This document shows, in pieces, positions 7,208 through 16,697 of a stretch of DNA of 64,000 bases. Origin of the DNA: Bacillota bacterium (GTDB taxonomy: Bacteria; Bacillota; Desulfotomaculia; Desulfotomaculales; Nap2-2B); assembly GCA_040755215.1 (NCBI GenBank), contig JBFMBG010000003.1, positions 19,126-83,125 on the forward strand. Direction: 5' to 3'. The translations under genes and the position numbers were made by a program. The stretch's first letter is position 1. Every line of letters starts with the position of its first letter. The notes under the pieces were generated by a model. It was not told where the DNA came from. It made no database searches and saw only the letters and a list, made by a program, of their open reading frames with translations.

Positions 7208-10200
7208 ATGAAAGGATTGCTTCATCCACTAAAAGAAACAGCCGAATTTCAAAGCTTGTCCAGAGGCCTGGAGCGACAGCTTCGCGAGCAAATGGTTTTC
7301 GGTTTAACCGGTTCCCAGCTCAGTTATGTCCTCAGCGGCTTGATTTCCTCCACCGTTGGCCCGGTGCTGGTGGTTACTCCGGGGGATGTGGAAAGTATTG
7401 GCCTGATCGACGAGTTAACGGTTTTGCTGCCGGATGTAAAGTTATACCAGTTCCCTACCTGGCAACTGCTGCCGGGATACGTTTTAGCCCGCGATCAGGA
7501 ATTGCCTGCCCGGCGCCTGAAAGTCCTGGAAGCCCTCGGTCGTTCGGAAAAAAACATGGTGGTGGTGGCTCCGCTGGAAGCCTTATTACGGCGGCTTCCT
7601 CCTCCCCGGGTGTTTTTCCAGGCTACAATAGCCTTGCGTGTTGGCGAAAAAATCGACCTGGAACAGCTGAAACGCCGCCTTTTGGATTATGGTTACGAGC
7701 GTGTCGACCTGGTTGAATTAAGGGGCCAGTTTAGCAGTCGGGGCGGGATCATCGATCTTTTCCCGGTGACTTTCGAGCAACCCGTGCGCATCGAATTTTT
7801 TGACGAGGAAATAGATTCGATCCGTTTTTTTGACGCCGAGTCCCAGCGTTCGGAAAAGAAGGTGAATTCCGTTTCTTTTGGACCGGCCACCGAGTTGATT
7901 GTCAACGACGAGGCAAGGATTCGGGCGCGGGAAATCCTGGAAGCAGAATATAGCAGTCAATTAAAGAAAATTTCTAAAATAAAGCCGGAAGAAGTTAAAA
8001 CCCGGCAGGTAGAGCTTGCCCAAGGAATCATCAGCCAGCTTGCCGAAGGAAGGTTTTCGATTGAGTGGGAGCAGTATTTGCCTTATTTTTATTCCCGGCA
8101 AGATACTTTGCTTAATTACCTGCCCCCGGAAAGCATTGTTATCCTCAATGATTCAGTGCGTTTAAAAGAAGTGGCGGAGAGCATCCGCAAGGAGTATGAG
8201 CAGGTCTATATGGATCTTTTAGCCGCCGGGAAGATCCTCCCCGGTCAGTTTGATGCTTATGTGGATTGGCCGAGACTGAGCGCCGGGCTGGCCAACCACA
8301 GGGTGATTTATGTATCTCTTTTGCCCAGGCAGCCAAAAGACAGGCATCCGCAAAACGTGGTTAACTTCGCCGCCAGGGGTATGCAAACTTTCCTTGGCCG
8401 CCTGGATATGCTGGCGAGTGAGGTCCGCCGCTACAAAAAAATGGGTTACGCGGTGGTATTACTGGTTAACACCGAAGAGCGCGCCCGCCACCTCCAGGAA
8501 TATTTACGCGACGCCCAAATTGACGCGTTTTACCTGCGTTCGCTTACCTGGGAAGTGCGCCCCGGCAATGTAATTGTTTCTTTAGGCCGGTTAAGCAACG
8601 GCTTTGAACTGATTTCCGGCAAACTGGCGGTGATTACGGAGAATGAAATCTACGGCGAATTGCTCACGCCGCGGCGGGAACGCTACCGGAAAACAAAGCA
8701 GCCCGTCCCGTTCGCCGATTTAAAAGCGGGAGATTACGTGGTGCACGTCAATCACGGAATCGGCCGTTACCAGGGAGTGGTTTCGCTTACCGTTGGCGGT
8801 GTGCAAAAAGATTACCTGCTTATTCAATATGCCGGCGAGGATAAATTATATGTTCCTACCGATCAAATCGGTCTGATCCAGAAGTATCTCGGCGCCGAAG
8901 GGGTGGCGCCAAAGTTGTCGCGCCTGGGGGGCAACGAGTGGTCGCGAGTAAAGGGCCGGGTAAAAGAAGCCGTGCGGGAGATGGCTGATGAACTCCTGGC
9001 ATTGTACGCGGCCAGGCAAAAATTGCCGGGCCACGCCTTTGCTGCCGATACGGTCTGGCAGCAAGAGTTTGAGGCAAATTTTCCTTACGAGGAAACCCCC
9101 GACCAGTTGCGGGCCATTGAAGAAGTAAAGGCCGACATGGAGCGCCCCCGCCCTATGGACCGTTTGCTGTGCGGCGACGTCGGTTACGGCAAAACGGAAA
9201 TCGCCCTGCGGGCAGCGTTTAAAGCAGTGGTTGAGGGTAAGCAGGTAGCCGTTTTGGTGCCCACCACGATTCTGGCGCAGCAGCATTTTCAAACTTTTCG
9301 CGAGCGCTTCGCGGGCTTTCCAGTGACGATCGAGATGCTCAGCCGGTTTCGTTCACCGAAGGAGCAACGGCAGATCATCGCGGCGATCAAGGAAGGAAAA
9401 GTGGATATTGTTATCGGTACCCACCGGCTGGTCCAGGAAGATGTTACCTTTAAAGACCTGGGCCTGGTGGTGGTCGATGAAGAGCAACGTTTTGGCGTGG
9501 CCCATAAGGAAAAGCTTAAACAACTCCGGCAGGATGTCGATGTTTTAACACTTACCGCCACCCCCATTCCCCGCACCCTCCATATGTCGTTGATCGGGGT
9601 CCGGGATACCAGTCTTTTGGAAACACCTCCGGAAAACCGTTTCCCCGTCCAGACGTACGTTCTGGAGGAGGATGCCGTGCTGATCCGGGAAGCCGTCCGC
9701 AGAGAACTGGGGCGGGGCGGGCAGGTATTTTTTGTGTACAACCGGGTAGTCGATTTGGACCGCGTTGCCGCCTGGCTGCAGGGGCTGGTGCCCGAGGCGA
9801 GGGTGGCCATTGCCCACGGCCAGATGCGCGAAGATGATTTAGAGCAGGTGATGCTGGATTTTATTGAAGGTTTTTACGATATTCTCGTCTGTACGACGAT
9901 TATTGAAAACGGTCTGGATATTCCCAACGTCAATACGTTAATTGTCAAGGATGCCCAGAATCTGGGCCTGGCGCAACTTTACCAGTTGCGCGGGCGGGTA
10001 GGCAGATCAAACCGGCTGGCCTACGCCTACTTCACTTTCCGCCGCGATCAGGTGCTTTCCGAGCTGGCCGAAAAAAGACTGGCTGCGATCCGGGAGTTTA
10101 CCGAGTTTGGCTCCGGTTATAAAATAGCCATGCGTGATCTGGAAATCCGGGGAGCGGGCAATCTGCTTGGTCCTGAGCAGCATGGGCACATTGCCGCGGT

Positions 10201-10732
10201 CGGTTTTGATCTCTACTGCCGGATGCTTGCCGAAGCCGTCCAGGAAGCGAAAGGCGAGCCTGTTCAGCGGCCTCTGGAAACTACTGTGGAATTACCGGTG
10301 GAGGCTTATATTCCGGAGAGTTACATTCCCGATCCGAACCAGAAAGTAGATATTTACCGCCGGCTGGCGGCTGTCCGCAAGGAAGAGGAGGTTTCCGACC
10401 TGGAAGACGAGCTGGTTGACCGTTTTGGCGATTTGCCGGAACCCACCCGAAACTTGCTGACGGTTGCGCAATTAAGGGCGTTGGCCGGCCGCCTGGGCAT
10501 TAAAAATATCATCGGCCAGGACGGTGGTTACCGCCTGCAGTTTTATCCGGAACATCCTTTAAGCGGAGAAACTCTGGTAACGATCGGCAAAGAATATCAA
10601 AACCGGGTTAAATTCAGCAACTCCGACGGCTTTGAGATTCGCCTGCGCACGCGGGTCCCGCCATCTGAACCGGCAAATTACCTGGGCAACCTGAAGGAGT
10701 TTTTGGATCGCCTGAAGACGGGGGGTGATTAA
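7208..10732 (+). CDS. mfd: Transcription-repair coupling factor
   Basis: Trimmed to ATG 7208. CarD-like GDYVVHVNHGIGRY. Helicase motifs: LLCGDVGYGKTEIALRA, VVDEEQRFGV, LTLTATPIPRTL, QLRGRVGRS. TRG/C-terminal D7 region present. About 1170 aa. Confidence 0.95.
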   Translation: MKGLLHPLKETAEFQSLSRGLERQLREQMVFGLTGSQLSYVLSGLISSTVGPVLVVTPGDVESIGLIDELTVLLPDVKLYQFPTWQLLPGYVLARDQELPARRLKVLEALGRSEKNMVVVAPLEALLRRLPPPRVFFQATIALRVGEKIDLEQLKRRLLDYGYERVDLVELRGQFSSRGGIIDLFPVTFEQPVRIEFFDEEIDSIRFFDAESQRSEKKVNSVSFGPATELIVNDEARIRAREILEAEYSSQLKKISKIKPEEVKTRQVELAQGIISQLAEGRFSIEWEQYLPYFYSRQDTLLNYLPPESIVILNDSVRLKEVAESIRKEYEQVYMDLLAAGKILPGQFDAYVDWPRLSAGLANHRVIYVSLLPRQPKDRHPQNVVNFAARGMQTFLGRLDMLASEVRRYKKMGYAVVLLVNTEERARHLQEYLRDAQIDAFYLRSLTWEVRPGNVIVSLGRLSNGFELISGKLAVITENEIYGELLTPRRERYRKTKQPVPFADLKAGDYVVHVNHGIGRYQGVVSLTVGGVQKDYLLIQYAGEDKLYVPTDQIGLIQKYLGAEGVAPKLSRLGGNEWSRVKGRVKEAVREMADELLALYAARQKLPGHAFAADTVWQQEFEANFPYEETPDQLRAIEEVKADMERPRPMDRLLCGDVGYGKTEIALRAAFKAVVEGKQVAVLVPTTILAQQHFQTFRERFAGFPVTIEMLSRFRSPKEQRQIIAAIKEGKVDIVIGTHRLVQEDVTFKDLGLVVVDEEQRFGVAHKEKLKQLRQDVDVLTLTATPIPRTLHMSLIGVRDTSLLETPPENRFPVQTYVLEEDAVLIREAVRRELGRGGQVFFVYNRVVDLDRVAAWLQGLVPEARVAIAHGQMREDDLEQVMLDFIEGFYDILVCTTIIENGLDIPNVNTLIVKDAQNLGLAQLYQLRGRVGRSNRLAYAYFTFRRDQVLSELAEKRLAAIREFTEFGSGYKIAMRDLEIRGAGNLLGPEQHGHIAAVGFDLYCRMLAEAVQEAKGEPVQRPLETTVELPVEAYIPESYIPDPNQKVDIYRRLAAVRKEEEVSDLEDELVDRFGDLPEPTRNLLTVAQLRALAGRLGIKNIIGQDGGYRLQFYPEHPLSGETLVTIGKEYQNRVKFSNSDGFEIRLRTRVPPSEPANYLGNLKEFLDRLKTGGD

Positions 10733-10927
10733 TTTAAATTCATAGGAATTTTCTTTTTTCTGCCTTCCAGATATGGAATAAAATGAGTTACTCTCCATCA
10801 AGGCAGAATAAATAAAGGCACTGAGGCACAAAGGCACAGAGGCACTGAGGCTCAAAGAGAAACGGACCGGGAATATTAACTTTATGCCTTTGTGCCTGGG
10901 GAACTTTGTGCCTGATCTTTAAATTTA
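10733..10927 (-). repeat. ~190-bp structured intergenic repeat element, copy A (inverted relative to B and C)
   Basis: The reverse complement aligns end to end with 29454-29640 and 32293-32466. Shared blocks: gatcaggcacaaagtt(t/c)cccaggcac, atattcccgg, agtgcctttatttat, ttccatat(a/c)tggaagg, agaaaaaa(a)gaaaattc. It carries five tandem t-n-n-gtgcc units. Confidence 0.85.
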
Positions 10928-10930
10928 TAT

Positions 10931-11443
10931 TTATTTTTCATGGGGAGTAAATGTGTAGTTTATTTTTTGCGGGACATCCCTGAATTCGGGAAAAGCTCTT
11001 TCAAACTGAACTTCCATCCAGTTCCGCATCTTTTGATCGGAGTGTGTATAGGTTTCAATCAGGTACTGCACCATGCGGTAAAGCGCGGAAAGACTTAAGC
11101 TGTCCAAAGACTCTTTTAACTGGTTTTGCAGGTAAATGTCCCCTTCTTCCCGCGCCAGCCTGATGCATTGCTCAAGTATGGCCCGCCTGCCATGGCGGGC
11201 CATAAGCTTGAGCAGTTCTTCTTCCACTGGAATAAAAACAGGGGTGGCGCCGTGGCGCAACCACTCCTCCCGGATTCCCAGCTCCCGGCTGATGTTTTTC
11301 ACCAACTGGTCAGAGGGAATCTTTGCGCCCCGCTCGATGCCGTTTATATGCTGAGGGCGAATTCCTACTTTTTGGGCTAACTGCGTTTGGGTCAGGCCCA
11401 ATTCGCTACGGATTTGCCTTAGCCGCTCGCCAATTGTTGACAA
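10931..11443 (-). CDS. XRE-family (HTH_3) transcriptional regulator with an uncharacterised C-terminal domain
   Basis: TTG start with SD GAGGTG 7 nt upstream. N-terminal IGERLRQIRSELGLTQTQLAQKVGIRPQHINGIERG is a canonical cI/XRE helix-turn-helix. Confidence 0.7.
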   Translation of the reverse strand: MSTIGERLRQIRSELGLTQTQLAQKVGIRPQHINGIERGAKIPSDQLVKNISRELGIREEWLRHGATPVFIPVEEELLKLMARHGRRAILEQCIRLAREEGDIYLQNQLKESLDSLSLSALYRMVQYLIETYTHSDQKMRNWMEVQFERAFPEFRDVPQKINYTFTPHEK

Positions 11444-11470
11444 AATTGTTCACCTCAGAGTAATAATGAA

Positions 11471-11500
11471 TTGACAAGCTACGCACAGTTACATTATTAT
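11471..11500 (+). promoter_or_regulatory. Sigma-A-type promoter for the Ner-like gene, within the divergent control region
   Basis: TTGACA (11471-76), 18 nt spacer, TATTAT (11495-500). A TATAAT on the opposite strand (11496-11501) overlaps this -10. Direct repeats aagctacgcac (11476-86) and aagctacacc (11507-16) flank it. Confidence 0.45.
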
Positions 11501-11534
11501 AAATCTAAGCTACACCAGGAAAGGAGCGAGTGAA

Positions 11535-11750
11535 TTGCCAAAAGGTATGAGCCCCAATGAAATTAAAGCTGAACTGGTGCGCAGAGGAATTAAAATAAAA
11601 GACATTGCCCGGCAGGCAGGTGTAAGCGGTGAAGCGGTGACCATGGCTATTTCCGGCAAATATACCTACCGGGGACGCCGGATCAGACCTTACATTGCCC
11701 GGGCAATCGGCCGGCCGGAATCGGAAATCTGGCCCGAACCGACCAAATAA
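11535..11750 (+). CDS. Ner/Nlp-like small HTH DNA-binding protein (Cro-like partner)
   Basis: 71 aa. SD AAGGAG 8 nt before TTG 11535 (alternative ATG at 11547). IKAELVRRGIKIKDIARQAGVSGEAVTMAISGK...IARAIGRPESEIWPE mirrors the Ner/Nlp pattern (ADIIAGLRKKG...LANAL...IAKALG..P..IWP). Confidence 0.55.
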   Translation: MPKGMSPNEIKAELVRRGIKIKDIARQAGVSGEAVTMAISGKYTYRGRRIRPYIARAIGRPESEIWPEPTK

Positions 11751-12016
11751 TACTATTAGGTAGCTAAGACTACTATAGCATAAGTTAAAAGGTCTGACAA
11801 TCATTAATTAATAGCGGGCACAAAGGTCCAGAAAGGGCACACAGGCAAAAAAGGACAAATCTAAATAACATAATGATTCACGTATTCTGCCTCCCCAATG
11901 AAGTACCTGACGCTGGAATAGTCTCCTTTGTTTGTCTGGTTTGTTCCTGTTTTTTTAAGTTGATGTGAATGTTAATCCGTTATATAATATGGGCATTGAT
12001 AGAGAGGGGGAGGATT

Positions 12017-12988
12017 TTGTTTAAAGCAAAGTTGTTATTAACCGGGCTGCTGGTTGCCTTTTCTTTTTTTGCTGCTGGTTGCGGGGCCAGGGTAGTGGCT
12101 ACAGTCAACGGAAAGGCAATTACTTCCGGTCAGCTGGAAGAAGAGGTTGCTCGCGCCAGGAAGGCTTTGGAGCAACAGGGCGTGCGTTTCACCGCTGAAG
12201 AGGGGCAAAAGATGCTGGATTTGTTGCGCCGACAGGTTTTAGAACAAATGATTACCGAAGAACTGCTTCTTCAAGAAGCGTCCAGATTGCAAGTTGAGCC
12301 CAAGGATCAACAGATAGAGGAAGAAATCAAGAAATTTCGCCAGCAGTTTGAATCAGAGGCGAAGTACAAACAGTTTTTGGCCGCCAACGGCTTTTCCGAG
12401 CCCAAATTAAAAGATTACGTAAAAAAGAGCCTGGCTGTGCAGGCCGTTCAAGAGGAAGCCGTTAAAGCAGTAGGCGAAATTTCCGAGGTTCAGGCCAAAG
12501 AGTACTATGAAAAAAACAGGGATAAGTTCACTGCGCCGGAAAAAATCCAGATGCGTCTTATTTTGGTGCCGGTGGCCGGAGAAGGGCAAAAAGCGGAGGT
12601 AGAGGCAAAGGTAGCGGCGATGAATATCTTGGGCAGGTTAAAACGGGGAGAAGATTTTGCCGCCCTGGCGAAAGAGACGGCCGGTGGTGCCGACCCGGCC
12701 GGCGATCCGTACATTTTTAACCGCGGCGAAGCCGATCCGGAACTGGAGAAGGCGGCTCTGCGCCTTAAACCGGGGGAAATTTCTCCCGAACCCGTGCGGA
12801 CAAAATATGGTTATTATATTATAAAGCTGGAAAAAATAACCCCTGCCCGCGTTATTCCTTTTGATGAAACAAAAAGTGAAATTGTCGCTTTTCTCGGCAA
12901 CCAGGCCAGGGAAAAAGCATTTGCCGATTATCTGGCGGGTTTAAAAAGCAAGGCGACCATCGAAAACAAATTACCAAAGGGTCTTTAA
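12017..12988 (+). CDS. PrsA/SurA-like parvulin-type peptidyl-prolyl isomerase lipoprotein
   Basis: Trimmed to TTG 12017. Signal peptide with lipobox FFAAGC. SurA_N-like helical region, then rotamase domain (RLILV...GEDFAALAKE...GYYIIKLEK). Confidence 0.75.
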   Translation: MFKAKLLLTGLLVAFSFFAAGCGARVVATVNGKAITSGQLEEEVARARKALEQQGVRFTAEEGQKMLDLLRRQVLEQMITEELLLQEASRLQVEPKDQQIEEEIKKFRQQFESEAKYKQFLAANGFSEPKLKDYVKKSLAVQAVQEEAVKAVGEISEVQAKEYYEKNRDKFTAPEKIQMRLILVPVAGEGQKAEVEAKVAAMNILGRLKRGEDFAALAKETAGGADPAGDPYIFNRGEADPELEKAALRLKPGEISPEPVRTKYGYYIIKLEKITPARVIPFDETKSEIVAFLGNQAREKAFADYLAGLKSKATIENKLPKGL

Positions 12989-13049
12989 GGGAGCAAGGAG
13001 GATTTTCCCGAAAGATGAAAATTCTTTGTCTAAAGACTTGGTAAAAAAT

Positions 13050-13079
13050 GAATAAGTCTTTCCCTCTTGTTATATACTA
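13050..13079 (+). promoter_or_regulatory. Possible forespore sigma-G/F-type promoter of spoVT
   Basis: GAATAA, 17 nt spacer, TATACTA, compared with the GHATAR-N17/18-CATWHTA consensus. B. subtilis spoVT is sigma-G dependent. Confidence 0.35.
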
Positions 13080-13133
13080 TCACTGAAAGTATGATCGTGA
13101 AAATTATGCAAAATAGGGAGGGAAGGGTGACCC

Positions 13134-13694
13134 ATGAAAGCAACCGGTATTGTGCGCCGTATAGACGATCTGGGACGAGTGGTGATCCCTAAGGAAATAC
13201 GCAGGACATTGCGTATTCGGGAAGGTGACCCGCTGGAAATCTTTGTGGATAGGGAAGGTGAGGTAATCCTCAAGAAGTACTCGCCCATTGGCGAACTGGG
13301 CGATTTTGCCAAGGAGTATGCCGATTCTTTATACGAAGCATTGGGGCACATAGCCTGTATCGCCGACCGCGATACCATTATTGCCGTTGCCGGGGCACCG
13401 AAAAAGGAGTATATCAATAAACCGATCGGGCCTGCCGTCGAAAAGGCAATGGAGGAGCGCAAGGCGATCGTCATTAACAATCCCGGCGAAGACCCTTTCT
13501 GCAGGGAGTGCATGATTGTCGAAGATGGAGAGTGCAAATATTCCGCCGAAGTGATTGCCCCGATCATTGCCGAAGGCGATCCCATCGGAGCCGTCATCCT
13601 GGCCTCTAAAGAACCGGACGTAAAGATGGGTGAGTTGGAGCTCAAGCTGGCGGAAACGGCGGCCGGGTTCCTGGCCAAACAGATGGAACAATAA
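13134..13694 (+). CDS. spoVT: Stage V sporulation protein T (AbrB-family regulator)
   Basis: N-terminal MKATGIVRRIDDLGRVVIPKEIRRTLRIREGDPLEIF SpoVT/AbrB swapped-hairpin domain, plus a GAF-like C-terminal domain. 186 aa. Confidence 0.92.
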   Translation: MKATGIVRRIDDLGRVVIPKEIRRTLRIREGDPLEIFVDREGEVILKKYSPIGELGDFAKEYADSLYEALGHIACIADRDTIIAVAGAPKKEYINKPIGPAVEKAMEERKAIVINNPGEDPFCRECMIVEDGECKYSAEVIAPIIAEGDPIGAVILASKEPDVKMGELELKLAETAAGFLAKQMEQ

Positions 13695-13721
13695 AAAAGG
13701 TGGCCACCGGCCACCTTTTTT
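13695..13721. terminator. Bidirectional-looking intrinsic terminator after spoVT
   Basis: aaaaaaggtggcc-acc-ggccaccttttttt: GC stem flanked by an A-run and a T-run. Confidence 0.8.
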
Positions 13722-13785
13722 ATTGCCGAAGTCTAAAAGACCGCAAAATTTAGCCGAAGAAGTATGGAAAGGGGTGGACAGCTTG

Positions 13786-15261
13786 ATGGACTTAACGATT
13801 GCTGGACTTGGCCCCGGTCACCCCGGACATATTCCTTTATCTGTATGGGAGGTGTTAAAAAGCAGTCAACGCGTTTTTTTACGCACGGAGCAGCACCCGA
13901 CGGTGCCGTGGCTAAGGCAACGGGGAGTTAATTTCAGTACCTTTGATTATTATTACGAAAAAGGCCAAAATTTCCAGGAGGTCTATCAACAAATTGCCGC
14001 TGCCGTTTTGAACGAAGCAGCCATTGCGCCGCTGGTTTACGCAGTGCCGGGGAACCCCCTGGTTGCCGAAGAAACAGTGGAAATTATTCTGGAAAAAGCC
14101 AGGCTGCTGGGTATCCAGGTTAAAATCCTGCCGGCCATGAGTTTTTTGGATGTACTTTACGTGGCCTTAAATTTGAACCCCGCTGCGGGTATCCATATTT
14201 TAGACGGCCTGCGTCTGGATGAGCAAAAACCGGACCCACGCGTAGGTAACGTAATAATTCAGGTATATAACCGGTTAGTTGCTGCCGACGTCAAATTATC
14301 TTTAATGGAGGATTATCCGGAAGATCACCCGGTAACGGTGATCAGGGCGGCGGGCGTCCCGGAACTGCAGAGAGTTGAGCAACATCCCTTGCACACCCTC
14401 GATCGGTTGGACTGGCTGGATCACCTGACCAGTCTGTACCTCCCGCCGGGCCCCCCGGGGATAAAAAAATGTCAATACCCGCTTGATTCTTTGGTGGACG
14501 TAATGGCCGTCTTAAGGGGAGAAAACGGCTGCCCCTGGGATCGCGAGCAAAATCACCACACCCTGCGCAAGTATCTTTTGGAGGAAGCCTACGAGGTTAT
14601 TGAGGCCATTAATCAAGGAAACATGTATAAAATTCGCGAGGAATTGGGAGACTTATTACTACAAATTGTCTTCCACGCCCAAATAGCAAGGGAAAATAAT
14701 TATTTTGATCTTAACGACGTCGTGACCGGGATAACCGGAAAAATGCTGCGCAGGCACCCGCATGTTTTCGGCGATGTATTGGTGGCGGGCAGCGGGGAAG
14801 TGGAGGCGAACTGGGAAAAAATTAAACGTGCGGAACAAGAGCCTTGTCCCCGCACTTCCATTCTGGAGGGCATCCCGGTCAGTTTACCAGCCCTTTTGAG
14901 GGCAGGCCGGGTACAGGCCAGGGCTTCCCAGGCCGGTTTTGACTGGTCTGATTACCGGGGGGCCCGGCAGAAGGTTGCTGAAGAGCTTGATGAATTGTCT
15001 GCGGCCATTGCCGCAAATAACCGCGCCCAAATTGAAGAGGAAATAGGTGACTTGCTTTTTGCAGTGGTTAATCTTGCCCGCCTGTTGAAAGTTGATGCGG
15101 AAATGGCTTTGGCCGCTACGGTGGACAAGTTCGTCGCGCGCTTCCGTTATCTTGAAGAGAAGGCGCGCAAAAACGGGCGCGAGCTTGCCGGCTGTACGTT
15201 AGAAGAGATGGATGGTTGGTGGGAGGAAGCAAAAAAAGTTGAAGAAGCGAAAAAAAAGTAG
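13786..15261 (+). CDS. yabN: YabN-type fusion: tetrapyrrole-methylase-like domain plus MazG NTP pyrophosphohydrolase
   Basis: Trimmed to ATG 13786. N-terminal LTIAGLGPGHPGHIPL methylase-like domain. Two MazG repeats: CPWDREQNHHTLRKYLLEEAYEVIEAI...ELGDLLLQIVFHA and EELDELSAAI...EEIGDLLFAVVNLAR. Confidence 0.85.
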   Translation: MDLTIAGLGPGHPGHIPLSVWEVLKSSQRVFLRTEQHPTVPWLRQRGVNFSTFDYYYEKGQNFQEVYQQIAAAVLNEAAIAPLVYAVPGNPLVAEETVEIILEKARLLGIQVKILPAMSFLDVLYVALNLNPAAGIHILDGLRLDEQKPDPRVGNVIIQVYNRLVAADVKLSLMEDYPEDHPVTVIRAAGVPELQRVEQHPLHTLDRLDWLDHLTSLYLPPGPPGIKKCQYPLDSLVDVMAVLRGENGCPWDREQNHHTLRKYLLEEAYEVIEAINQGNMYKIREELGDLLLQIVFHAQIARENNYFDLNDVVTGITGKMLRRHPHVFGDVLVAGSGEVEANWEKIKRAEQEPCPRTSILEGIPVSLPALLRAGRVQARASQAGFDWSDYRGARQKVAEELDELSAAIAANNRAQIEEEIGDLLFAVVNLARLLKVDAEMALAATVDKFVARFRYLEEKARKNGRELAGCTLEEMDGWWEEAKKVEEAKKK

Positions 15262-15343
15262 GATTTATTTTCCTTGCAGGAAGGAACTTTTGTAGATTTA
15301 GCGAATAATAAGGCATGATCAAAATCCATTGAGGGGGGTACTT

Positions 15344-15616
15344 ATGAACAAGGCAGAACTGATTGCTCAGGTGGCAGACAAATCGGACATGACCAAAAAG
15401 GATGCGGAGAAAGCGGTTAGCGCAATGTTGGCGACGATCGAGGAGGCCCTGGCCAGGGGTGATAAAGTGCAACTGGTGGGGTTCGGTACCTTTGAAGTAC
15501 GCGAACGCGCTGCCCGCAAGGGTCGGAATCCGCAAACCGGCGAGGAAATTGAAATTGCCGCCGCCCGCGTGCCAGTTTTTAAAGCTGGTAAATCTTTGCG
15601 CGAAGTGGTTTCGTAA
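15344..15616 (+). CDS. hup: DNA-binding protein HU
   Basis: [25 protein letters not shown]...[38 protein letters not shown]. 90 aa. SD GAGGGGGG. Confidence 0.93.
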   Translation: MNKAELIAQVADKSDMTKKDAEKAVSAMLATIEEALARGDKVQLVGFGTFEVRERAARKGRNPQTGEEIEIAAARVPVFKAGKSLREVVS

Positions 15617-15640
15617 AATACGCGGGATTCCCAAAAGCAT

Positions 15641-15913
15641 GTGCGCATAGACAAATTTTTAAAGGTGTCACGGTTGATAAAGCGGCGGACGTTGGCCAAA
15701 GAAATTTGCGCCCGGGGTCAGGTTACCCTTAATGAACGGGTAGCCAAAGCCAGCGCGGAAGTCAAACCCGGCGACGTGATCACCATTAATCTTGGCTACC
15801 GGCAGTTGAAGGTTGAGGTTTGTGATTTACGCGCAAATGTCCCGGCCAAAATGGCAGCCGAGTTATACCGTGTCCTTGAGGACAGAAAAATTGCCAATGC
15901 GGATAAAGATTGA
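15641..15913 (+). CDS. yabO: S4-domain RNA-binding protein YabO
   Basis: MRIDKFLKVSRLIKRRTLAKEICARGQVTLNERVAKAS S4 motif. 90 aa. Conserved position after hup and mazG. Confidence 0.8.
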   Translation: MRIDKFLKVSRLIKRRTLAKEICARGQVTLNERVAKASAEVKPGDVITINLGYRQLKVEVCDLRANVPAKMAAELYRVLEDRKIANADKD

Positions 15914-15941
15914 AGGCCTTTTGAAAAGGCCTATTTTTTTA
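15914..15941 (+). terminator. Rho-independent terminator after yabO
   Basis: aaggcctttt-g-aaaaggcct hairpin followed by attttttt. Confidence 0.8.
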
Positions 15942-16697
15942 TATACCGTTAAAAAAGAGAGCTTTGCGAAGATAATATAGTAACCTTTTCAATTTAAGCA
16001 GATTAATTGACCATAATGGCAAATGATATGGCTTGCCTATATATGTTATAATTACCAATAATTGTTAACTAACAAAATGAGGAGGGAGATCGCACGAAAA
16101 GTCAAAGAGGCGCAAAACTGACCGGGTTCGTTTTCTTCTTGATCGTTCTTTTGGTATTTTTGGCTGGGGTAGTTACTGAGAATAGGGTGCATTTGCTCCA
16201 GGATATAATCGATGCGGGTCCGGGACTGATCGCTCCGGTGCGCAGCTTTATCCAAAAAATCGTGCAGAAAGATTTGCCTGGGTTGCCGGTTGCAGCAGCA
16301 GCTTTGTTGCTATGGCGTCCCGCATCTTCTGGAGCCTACCGGCGGAACTACAAAATAGTTTCCTTTTACCTTTAGTCCTCAACCGCCAACCACCAGCGAC
16401 CATTCAAGGGGGTGGGGCCTTTGAAGGTTTAAACAGGCCGGCAAATCCGCCAGCCTTTTTCCAAAGTAAAAAATGTCCTTAAGGTGAGGGCGCCTGGCCC
16501 GCGGAAATTAAGTCGAAAATATTATCTTTAGAGGTATAAAAACCGGGCAAGTGAGGGACGTGTCTTTTGGGGAAAGCCGGCGTAGAAATGTCCGTACAGG
16601 CCGGTCGTACGGAAATTCGTTCGGGAGGTGAAACTCTTTTTCCGGCAAAGCACATATTTTTCTTCTCCCGGGTTAAGCTAAAAAAGGGGGAAGAAAA

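Noticed and set aside
10818-10913. Tandem t-n-n-gtgcc units as a possible CRISPR array.
   Set aside because: The units are only 8-9 bp and directly abutting, with no 25-40-bp repeats separated by unique spacers. No cas genes are present.
16540-16610. Possible c-di-GMP-I (GEMM) riboswitch-like string GGGACG...GGAAAGCCGGCG upstream of spoIID.
   Set aside because: Only a short partial resemblance to the ACGCAAAGCC core. The GGCAAACC first-hairpin motif and the paired-helix architecture are missing.
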